Shown: positions 37,983 to 49,375 of the stretch, one piece after another
Layout: every line of letters starts with the position of its first letter
Numbering within the stretch: position 1 is the stretch's first letter
NCBI RefSeq assembly: GCF_001194135.2
Contig: NC_068983.1
Coordinates: 107,993,422 to 108,057,421 of the forward strand
Length of the DNA: 64,000 nt
DNA from: Octopus bimaculoides
Taxonomy: Eukaryota
Direction of reading: 5' to 3'
Program-made: the position numbers and the translations under genes
The notes under the pieces: model-generated
Told to the model about the DNA's origin: nothing
The model's input: the letters and a program-made list of their open reading frames with translations, nothing else
Database searches by the model: none

Positions 37983-40873
37983 CTAAAAAAACAAAGAGAT
38001 TAAATAAAAGATTACAGGAACAAAGCAAAGATCAGCAAGAAGCAGTAGATTAGCTACATTCCAGTATAAAGGAAAAAAAAAACAAAAAATAAAACTCTGA
38101 AACAACTCTTCACAACTAAGGAGAACCATTATATATGTCGTGAAAAAAACCCTTAATGGAGCCATCAAAGAAAAAAAATATCTTCATTTCTAACTTTGGC
38201 ACAAGGCCATACACATTTTGAATGATGGTGTAATTGATTTAATTAACCTCAGTACTTGAATAGAATTTCATTTTATCGACACTGGAAAATGAAAGGGGGT
38301 TGAAAATACCCAACACTAGTGGGATTTGAATTTAGAACAGAGGCGACATTACTGCATACTGTTCTGAATTTAGTCTGATTAAACTATAGATATGTTAAAA
38401 TACTGCTTAATAAAATTGCTTTCAAATTTTGGCACAAGGCCAGCAGTTTGGGGGAAGGGGTTACGTTGATTACATCAACCCCAGTGCTTAACTTGTACTT
38501 TTTTATTGACCCTGACAAGATGAAAGGCAAAGTTGGCCTCAGTGCAATTTGAACTGAGAACATAAAGATGGATGAAATGCTGCCTTATACTACTTAATTG
38601 AAGTAACAAGCCAGATATTTTCGACATCAGAAACTGAAAGAATGCAGCTATTTACTATAACAATACCAGAAGAAGGAATAGTGTTATTAAATTTTAAAGG
38701 ACAAGAAGTCAAAGTGGCTAGAAGTCTTGTATAGAAAAATCTAAAGAACTACACAAACAAAATCTCATCACAAATATGTGACATCAGTAAACACAAAAAA
38801 GGTTTTTGAACAGCTTATGTATTATGAGGAGCACTAAAAAGGAGGTGAAAACCTACATTAGAAAATCCTTAAGTATAACCAGATTGTAATGAAAATAGAA
38901 GTAATGTGAAGCTGTGAAGAGCTTGTGATATTGTACTAGGGAAATTTAAAAAGAAAAAATGAAACTGATTAACAAAAGAGAAAATGCAAGGTAAGAAAAT
39001 ATCAGAAAGCTAAAATATGCATAGAAAAGGCACAAATATCTCAATTAGGCAGATGAAAATATAACAATCCAAGAAATTCATGTAAGAAATGGATATGAAA
39101 AATGCCTAAATTTTAGAGAAAATCATCTTATCAAATGAGTAAATTAAAAGAAAATGTGTGAAAAATATAATTAGGAATGAAAACAACACACATACATGTA
39201 TATGTGAGGATATAATATATTAACTAATGCTAATATATTTCTTTTACTTTTCCAGCTTCTAATTTCTGTAAGAAACATTAGGATTTTTTCATATATTTTA
39301 TAGTTGAAACGAAAAATATTTAATTTGCCAAGGAAGTTGACTGCTTTTGATATTCCACATGACGTTATATTTTATTTTTATTTAGCTCCCAGAGAAATGA
39401 AATTTACGATTTTTTTTTAATATTTGACGTTGTTATTGTAGACGTTGTGATGATGATACGGATGATGATGAACTGCTTTCAACTTTTAAAAATTTTCTAG
39501 AACTTTTCTCTTTTACTCTGAGACTTTGCCACACTTTTCCAAATATTTGATTGCTTATTTTCTTCCTTATTAATTTTCTGTTGCATATTAAATTTACTTA
39601 TTTAAAAAAAAAACACTTCACTTAAAATATTTAATCAAAAAAAGGAAAGAATGTGGAAAATTATAATTATCAAAAGGGTTAATTTTGTCTCATTAGATTG
39701 CAGCCAATTTAAAGTAAGTGTAAAATAGTTACTAATTTCATGTAAAACAAAAATAAACAACAAAATAAAATTTTAAAAAATTACATCTTGAAATAACATT
39801 CTGTGAGATGTGCCAAGTAAACATTTAACAGATAAATTATTATTACATTATTGCCAATTTAGAGATGTTTTAATTTCTAAAATGGACTTCAATTAGTTGC
39901 TAAGTCATTCAATTAATTAATTAGTAATTCAATTAGATTTTCTATGCTACCTACTGAATCAAAAGAACATGAAAGTAATAAAATCCATTTGCTGTAATAT
40001 ATTAGTCAGTGCCAGCCAATGGATTAAATTGCTGGGTCAGAAAAATATCCACCTTATGTTCTGTGGTACATACCATTTTCAAAAATGTTCTGTGGTACAT
40101 ACTATTTCCAAATAGGTTAGAGGAAAGATTTCCTCTTCAACCAAATCTTGATATAAACTAAGTGTCTTTGAATACCACTCAGGATATTTTTTCATGCCAG
40201 TAGGAAAAAAAAATGGGTATATGATGATAATGATACTTAACTTAGCGTGAGAGAAAATGTGATAAACTTACAAATTTCTATAGATTTCTTTGTTTTGTTA
40301 ATTTTAAGATAATCCTTGATATTTTTTTTATACATAATGCACTTAATATCAGAATACATTTTTTATAGTTTTACACTTATTTTCTCTTTCAAATAAGTAA
40401 GAAACTTTAAATTGGAAAGATTGTTTTCATGCACATTTTTACAATTTTTTAATTATTTCTCATAGGATTTTTTAAACTAGTATGAAGGTTTTAGAATATT
40501 TTAGGTTAATTTGATTAAAAACATATTCTAATCAATCTACTTTATTTGGATTGAAAGAAAGTGAATTTTACAATTCTGTATGCAAACGCATAACAAAAAC
40601 TACAAAAGAAAAATCGAACTTATAAACAGAAAATGCAATTGTTTATGTAATGAATTCTGTATCAAATAAAAGCTGATCCATAAGTGCACATGCATATATA
40701 TACTTAGCATTAAACATTCACAAAAATAATGTAAAAGAGGGTCATTGAAAATTATCAATAATTGCCTATCAGTTTTAAAACAAAATTATGATTTATGAAA
40801 GAATCAGACAAAAAGTAGCATTGTCATAACTCAGTTTTTACAGTGTAGACTAGAATTGTATAATCAAACAGAA

Positions 40874-41101
40874 TTAGCCCTTTAGCATTTAGATTACTGT
40901 GTTAAAAATATTGTCTTTTTATTCAAATTGTTTTGAATTTATCATGCATTATGTCACAGTCTTGAGGTTTTGATGATGTGGCTGTTTAATTTTAGAATGT
41001 CAGTGTTGATTAGGTGTGAGAGGCCAGACATGGCCAGTTTGAATGCAAAGCATGTAGAATATTTGGGCCTGATATGGCTGGTTTAAATGCTAAAGACTTA
41101 A
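40874..41101. mobile_element. piggyBac-like MITE
   Basis: Ends TTAG-CCCTTTAGCATTT ... AAATGCTAAAGAC-TTAA: decayed TIRs with a TTAA-like target site. Confidence 0.55.
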
Positions 41102-43120
41102 GGCTAATTGTTTCCGAAATGGGAATACCTATCTATTTAAAATAATAGCAACCAAAACCTGTCAGCTAAAGTGTTTTAAACAGAATTGTATAAGAGTTAT
41201 GGCCCAGTTTCTGACTGACAATGTGCAACAGTAAAAATCAAAGGTAACTGACAAAAAAACAAAAAAACAAAAAAACAAAACTCAGTTATAATAAATTTGA
41301 CCTAATAGAAACCTCACCCAACAAACAGAGCTGTAATGACATAGGAGACACTTCACTAATGTCAGCAATTAAATATAGGGAAATAAGATAAATTCATAAA
41401 AATATATTTTTAAAACTTTTTGTTTAATAGCTAATAGAGGCAAAAGAGTTGTGTGGGATAATCTACAAATCTGCAATAAATATTTAGAGAAGATAAATCC
41501 CATAGTATATACAATAATTTCTTAAGAATGATCATGTATGGAATTAGTAGAGACAATTTTCAAATTTGCTTTCATTTAGGTTTAGAATGTTAACATTGTC
41601 ACTTCAAGAGTTTTGCGTTAACTTATCAATGTGGTTTTGTTCATGGTGTGAAGCAGGTCTAGAGAGAGGGGCTGTCAATGGCCTTTATGGTTGATAATTC
41701 ACATTGTTTGGTTGCAAGTCATTGAATTCTTATTGGCATGTATTTCTACCTTGTCAGTTGCCAAATGAGATTCAAAGAATAATCATTTCTTCATTGTAAT
41801 TAATGTTTACTGTACTTCTGAAGTCATCTTTTGTCAGTTCATGCATGAAGATGTTTTTTGGGGTTTTTTTTTTCACTCAAAATTTTTATTTCTAAACAAA
41901 GAGTAATAATGTCATAAGTCATCAGTGAATTAATGGATAAGGATGTTAATACCAATGCCTAAAACATATATATATGCATTCTATTATCATAGCATATAAG
42001 AATATTGAACAAATACAAGTTCCTACATACAGACCTTTTCATTTTATCCCTATTATGGGCATCTGAATGTCCTCCAATAGGTCGTTGCAGATGTTCTTCC
42101 ATACCAGAATGAACAAACTGTATCTATTTCAGAAAGCCTTACTTACAATCTGCTTATCCAACACTAACTCTCAAGAAAATTTTCATTAACTTTCTGAGTT
42201 GCCATTCACTCCCAAACCAACATAACCTAAATATCAACAAACTGGAGACCACCTACAATACAAAACCACTCTCTCTTAAAGTGCTATTAAGTAAATGAAA
42301 GAAAATTTCATATAATTTTATACAACATCCTTTGTTATGTTCCAAACACCAACTAAATATACCGATATATGAAAATACTGGTTATTTTACTAAATATATC
42401 CTAAGTAATGAATATTTTCAAAATCAACCAAAACATGTAGGTAGTGTATGTCATTGGAAATATGGTAACAAAGACGTTAACAGGCCTGAAAGCTAATTAC
42501 TGTACAGTTCTTGAGAAATAAATACTTGTTTCTGAAGTTGTACATCATGTGAGACAATGAATATTATATATTTTACAATACAATATAAAGTCATACTTAT
42601 AAATTTCTTATGTTACTTGAAGTAACTATTTTGGATATAAACTATGGTAGTAATCGAAGGAGAATTAGTACAGTAATCATAATTATTAGCAGAATTAAAT
42701 ATATATCATAGTGATGAAACTATTATCAAAATAATTAACAGAATTATAGCCATCATAACATCTAAATCAATCAGAAATATGATCAGAAGTATCATAACAA
42801 TATAGTAGGTCAAAAATATTTCCTAAATATTTGATAATGATTTGCATGTTTTTTCATAATTTCATAAGTTATAAGCCTTGAGTAAATAAAAAAGACCATT
42901 TGAAATGAAGTGAGCTGTTTCAGAAAATACATGTATAGAAATGAAACTTAAAGCCATTAAAGTAAATTATGTAGCAAAATAATGCAAGAAGAATCCGTAG
43001 AAGACACACTTGTAATTCAGTCTGTATTCCAGACAAAGTATAAATACTGAAACTGATTTAGTTTGTTCACCAAAACAACTACGTAAAAGAGAAACAACTA
43101 TAGGAAGATGAATATTTGTA

Positions 43121-43179
<59 letters not shown>

Positions 43180-46095
43180 CATGATATCTTTTTAGCCAAA
43201 ACTGAGCTAAGAGTAATAAATAAAGAAATAATGTTTAGATTACTTCAATATAACAAAAGATTTTCTCTTTGATAAGCTCCTGAGATTACTTTCAGATCAT
43301 AGATTTGATTCCAAAACAAAAATGTTAAAGGATAAAAATATTTTCATCAATAGGAAATCACTGCACATTTCTTGCTTTATTTTTTTTTTATCAATTTCTC
43401 TTTTTTTTAAAAAAAAAATTAATCTGGAATATTCTATAAAATGACATAGAAAATTATAACAAATAATATTGGAAAAGAACTGAAACAAAAGTCAATCAAC
43501 AATAAAGGAATTAACAAAGTCTGAAAAATCAATAGAAACTACATTAGAAGCTTGACACAGTATAGATTGGTGTTTTCATTTACTATGCAGTTGTTTAACT
43601 AGAAATTCACAGTCTGGGTGATAAAAATGTGTGCAGAGTCAAAATATAGAAAACCCTCTCAAAAATTCATAGCCAGGATAGATTATATTCCCACAGAAAA
43701 CTTCAAAAATTTTACTATTAAACAATTTACCTTAATACTGATACAAACTTGCCACTTCAAAAATAGATAATTTAGCCATAATAAGACAGATAAATAGCTG
43801 GAAGCTAAAGAAAGAAGAGCAATTGTTAAAGAAGTGAATGCAATTGATGAAGACATTGCTCCCAATTATGAACAGAAGAGAGGAAACTAATGGAAGCCAG
43901 GGTGTATGTTTAGGAAATTTGTTGATTGATGTCAGCATCAAGCATTGTGTACCAAGCAAATTATCTTCTTTAAAAGGTTTGGCAGTAATGGCTAAAAGGA
44001 AACAAGTAGTTATAACTACCTTGGCAAAAAGCCCATCTTGTTCATTATTGGCAGTCTTTGTAAAAGCCGATGTTGTATAGATACACGTATTAGTAACGTA
44101 AGCATACATTTGACAATAGATACTTAAGGTATATTTGAAATGTTTTGGTTTCTTGAAAATGTTATAAACATAAGAGTCAAATACTTTGAAATTAATTACA
44201 TAATTAAATAGGTACAAGATGGTTTGTGAAAAAATGACTGCCAGAAGTTTTAGCTAAGTAAACAACTAGTGAACAAGAGCGTATTTCAAATTAAATCAAA
44301 ATGTAATCCAGTGTAGATGAATTTATAGACAAAAAAAAACAATATAAAGAAGAAAATGAAAATAAAGAGTTTATAATTAATTTGGAGACTTTTGCTTTCA
44401 GAGAACTTACAATATCAACAACAAAGTAAGATTATATTTTTGATATTCTAAAAAAAAAGCTTTATGACAATGGTACAAAGCCATACATTTGGTGGAAGAA
44501 GTAGGCAATTTAATCTATCCGGTTCTTTAACCCTGAAAGGATGAAAGACAAATTGATCTCAGAATACAAGGAGATGTAACAAAACATCGCAACAAGTTAC
44601 CACCCTGACATAAAATAATGTCTGGGTGGTAGATTGTTGTGGTATAAAATAATAAACTGAGGCTAAATTATGATGTTACAGGACTATTTCTCCATTATAA
44701 CCGTTGTTTCAGTTTAAATGGTAAAATTGCATGAGCATCTAAATACTATAATAGAAAAAGTGGCAAAATTAATATGAATGTGAAAATTAACACAAACACT
44801 GTCATTGTTCATATCATTATCTTCATAGGTTTAATACTATTATGTTTCAATCATTCACATTATACAATCACGGAGCAGACATCTTGTTTTCTCAGCTTAC
44901 ATTCACTGGGCTCATAGTGCACACACATCTGATTACACTCAACTTCTTCCCCTTTAATCACAGCATGTCTTGATTTTAGTTTTCATGTTTCTGCTACACA
45001 GCATCACATTTCTAGTATAAATATTGCATAATCTATCAATTATATGAAGAATCAATACATCTACTAACCCAAACAACAGTTTACCTCTACCTCCTTCTGT
45101 CCATTTTGTCCATTAGGCTATCTCAAAAGCTAAATTAAGTCACATAAATCACACAGCAACCATTTCAGCGATCTGGCTGAGCCAATTAGATTTTTAATCA
45201 CTGTCTTCTCTTAGTTACAATAATGTATGGAGTGCAAACAAAAAGTTTAATGCCACCAACCTATCTGAAATTTTACTGAGTTTTAAACAAGACCAAACCT
45301 ACTACACAACACCAAGAATACTGAACTACTGCCTACTCTTGTCTCCACACCAAATACATTGGACTTATTTTTGTCCATGCTCTGGTTTGATGTATATACA
45401 TGTATAGAACAGAGAGAAACATAATGAAACACTTATATACATAACCACTTTTATATGCATATTTACCAAAGTGCATTGCGATATTGAAATTAAATTCAAC
45501 AATTTTAGTTTTTAGAGATTTATTAGTTTCTGCAAAGTTTTATCGAAACTAGAATTACATACTGGGCAGTTTAGAATATATAAACCAAGACTGAAACTAA
45601 TATTTTTTTTACTTCTTTTTATTCTTTTTTTTTTTTTTCCCCAGTATCCAGTGTATTAAACCAGATACCTAAGAATGAAAAATAAGATTGCTCACATCTA
45701 ATTTGACTATATTTGACTCTAAATCAAAGATAACATATCTGACTAAGACTCGATGTCATGATACAAGCACAAGAGTTGGATGAAAGTACTTGAGCAGTCT
45801 GATAGTAGGCAGCTTAACAAGTTGATTTATTATATTTCATTAAGATGCTTATGGAGAAAAACAATAGAAAGGAAGTAGAAAAACGACCACAAGTACTGAT
45901 TTGTCTCTTAGAAATAAATAAGCTCTCAGTAATAAGAAAATAAAAAGGAAGAACAGCCACAGATAAGTCTTTTGTGTAAAGTTAAGAAATGCTTCAAAGA
46001 ACAAGTATAAATTTTAACAAAAATACCTTTGAGATGAATCAATATAGGTTTATATTTTTAATACTTCTCACCTTTTGTCAGCAGAAAGAACCATA

Positions 46096-46125
46096 ACTTA
46101 CCTAGAAAAAAATGAAAGGAATACA
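46096..46125 (-). promoter_or_regulatory. Recursive-splice-site-like motif (3' splice site fused to 5' splice site)
   Basis: Minus strand TTCCTTTCATTTTTTTCTAG|GTAAGT, junction at 46102/46101. Confidence 0.4.
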
Positions 46126-46136
46126 AATTAAAATTA

Positions 46137-46500
46137 GGCAATCCATTTAATAAGATAAAGTCTTGGTTTTCAATACAATAAAGGAATTAGAAAGTAGTGA
46201 GATATGTTTCTTCCGTATAATTTCTTCTTAGGTGAATAAAGAAAGTAATTCCTCTCCTTGAACTACAAACAGGAACAGTAAATACACAAGCAGAGATACT
46301 TACACATATATTATATCACTATATAAAATGAAACATCTTAAAATATCATAAAGAATATAAAGCAGAGGAATTTAGTTAACTTAAAACTTTAGAACAAATT
46401 TATGTAAATTTCAACATTATTTCCAAAGAATTTATAAGACATTTGTATTTTAAAATGTCCCCAAAATATTGCATAAATATTGCATTTTTTTCTGTATTTG
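46137..46500 (+). repeat. About 360-bp direct duplication, copy 1
   Basis: About 90% identical by eye to 48743-49101. Confidence 0.9.
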
Positions 46501-48486
46501 GTTTATTGTGAAATCATTTTACTTTGTGCTAGTTAAACTTGAACATTAATTCTCTTGCAGCAAAAACTGTATGTACAGTATTGTTCTTTATGTAGCATAC
46601 AATCTATCATACTATACAGACATGATCAGAATGTTGGCTAGTATATATTCTTTCTTTAACAAAACATCGAATATTGCTGCTGTGGAAGCATCATCACTCA
46701 CAGTTTAATGTCTTTTGTTGGGCTTTTTTTTTTTTCTGGCAGAATGATTTTGACAACTGTGCTATAAAAAGCAGCAACATTCTCTGCAGAATATAACCTG
46801 CATCATTTTAAGATATAGCTCATTCACTGATTTCATTTCTATAGTTTACCTATTATAGTTATAAATGCTATTTTTTAATATTTCTGTGACAAGGTGGCAT
46901 AATCATTTGCAGATTTGGCAAAATGCTTAGCAGTATTTTGTCCCTCTTTCTGTTCTGAATTTAAATTTTGTTGAGGTCAATTTTGACTTTCTCCCTTTCA
47001 GGGTTGATAAAATAAGTACCAGTTGATCACAAGGGTTGATGTGACCAAATCCCCTCCCACAAAATTGCTTGCCTTGTGCCAAAATGTAAAATCAATATTT
47101 TGTATTTTACTTTATAACAAACAAAATTATGTTTAAAACTTCAAAACATTTTCCCAGCAAATCCTGTTTTTTCTCACATGCTAAACACACTACTAACTTT
47201 TCAAACTTCAACTCCACATTAACCACATCACTTTCAATTATTCCTTATTGTTCCGACTCAAGAAAGCATACTTAACCTGCAGGTAATTTCCCTCCACATT
47301 AATCAGGTTGGATCATATAATTATATATTTTTTTCTCACCAAACTAGTTTATATTGTTCTCTAGTCTAAGAAGTGCTATGGTTTTGATATTAAGCAACAA
47401 ATTCATATCTCGATAAAACCATTCAGATATATATAGCTTATTTGCTTATTTTGCCTTCTAAATGATCAATCATATTAATTTCAATGAAATCTTTCTGAAA
47501 CGGATACACTGCCAGCAGGGCATTTTTTAACTTCTTGGACTAACAACTAATAATATCCCACACAAATAAAAATTATATTGAAAATAAAGCACAATTTGCT
47601 TAATATGTAATATAAAAATTTAGAGACAGGAGGATATTAAATAAGGGGTAAAAAAAAAAAAGTGGATATGAATTTAAGATATTGTCTACTTCAAATACAT
47701 TTTTTTCAAATACTTGAATATCTTTGATGAGGAAGTGCTTTTAGGGGAATTACAGTTTACTAGTTAAATCTATTTAGTCTTCATAGACATTGTGATGGTA
47801 AACTGAAGTGCATAAAAATTAACTGCGGTGAATATGTGTACAAACCACATACAGAAAAATAGATGACAAACAGATAACCACACACATGTGCACAAAATAA
47901 AACAAAAAATAATAATTAATGACATTTTCCCACAAACTTTTTCTAATCTATTGTGTACATCTCTTCTACTATGAGTTCTACATTTAAGCGTAGCATATGC
48001 TACTTAGAATTTTATACTGTTTTCAAGATAAGCTAATATATGGCAATATCACTTATTAACAAGTCTGTTCATGTTAGCACAGCAGTGAAAATAAAAGAAC
48101 CTGTGGAGTGATAGAGTATGACCTTTATAAAGTATTACTTGAATATATATTAAGAACACTAATCTTATTTGACTTTATAGCAGTTAGAAATAGTAATAAC
48201 ACTATCAACCTAGTAAGCCAGTTTTAATCCAGCTACACCTAATCTTAAGTTTGAGTGAGTATAAGAATTGTATGCCAGAAATTCTAAATTTTATTTAAAA
48301 GTTGGTTTGTAGACATGAGAAATGATCAGCTATAATAGCAATTGTTTTAAAAATCTATCATCATAAAGTCACAGGTTTAATGATGAAAGAAGCAAAAGTT
48401 TCCTACCCCCACTGAAATGATACTTTATCAAAAATTACAATGCAATTGATTATTGAATGAAAATACGATGTGCATGTGCATGTGTG

Positions 48487-48527
<41 letters not shown>

Positions 48528-48742
48528 ACACATACTGGGTATTCCAGCTAAATTTGATGATTCTTTTAGTCTCCTTACTTCAGGAGCAGCGGTTATCTGT
48601 ATGATGATGATTTAAGCTAGATATCAAAATGCTGAAATCAAGACTGATGTTCAAAGCTCCGTGAACACCACAAAGGCTGTAAGATGTGATATGGACAACT
48701 ACAACAGAGACTACAAAGCTGTGACCAACATGAAGGGACACT

Positions 48743-49101
48743 GGCAATCCATTTTATAAGATAAAGTGTTGGTCTTCAATACAATAAAGGAATTAGAAAG
48801 TAGTGAGATATGTTTCTTCAGTATAATTTCTTAGATGAATGAAGAAAGTAATTTATCTCCTTAAATACTCATGAACTACAAACAAGAATAGTAAATACAC
48901 AAGCAGAGATACTTACATATATATTATATCTCTATATAAAATGAAACATCTTAAAATATTATAAAGAATATAAAGCAGAGGAATTTGGTTAACTAAAAAC
49001 TTTATAACAAATTTATGTAAATTTCAATATTATTTCCAAAGAATTTACAAGACATTTGTATCTTGAAATATCCCCAAAATATTGCATTTTTTCTGTATCT
49101 G
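48743..49101 (+). repeat. About 360-bp direct duplication, copy 2
   Basis: About 90% identical by eye to 46137-46500. Confidence 0.9.
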
Positions 49102-49142
49102 ATTCAGATACAGATTTCGTTTGCCACACCACAGCAGTCAAT

Positions 49143-49164
49143 TTCTCTCTCTCTCTCTATTTAC

Positions 49165-49198
<34 letters not shown>

Positions 49199-49202
49199 TT
49201 AC

Positions 49203-49236
<34 letters not shown>

Positions 49237-49338
49237 TTACAGCTNNNNNNNNNNCTATTTACAGCTCTCTCTCTCTCTCTCTCTCTATTTACAGCTCTCT
49301 CTCTCTCTCTATTTACAGCTCTCTCTCTCTCTATTTAC

Positions 49339-49372
<34 letters not shown>
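49143..49372 (+). repeat. Compound minisatellite [ATTTACAG(CT)n] x7
   Basis: Seven ATTTACAG units separated by variable CT tracts; contains a 10-N gap. Confidence 0.9.

Positions 49373-49375
<3 letters not shown>

Noticed and set aside
38600-39150. Possible second decayed RLE (KPDIF...ITIPEEG)
   Set aside because: Too degenerate to call by eye.
43732-44217. 161-aa minus-strand ORF, the longest without N
   Set aside because: Composition is typical of AT-rich noncoding DNA, no motif is recognisable, and the best splice-bounded unit inside it is in another frame.
49143-49372. Repeat-spacer appearance resembling CRISPR (also the SINE-C internal units)
   Set aside because: Eukaryotic context; the spacers are CT microsatellite or homologous to each other; no cas genes.
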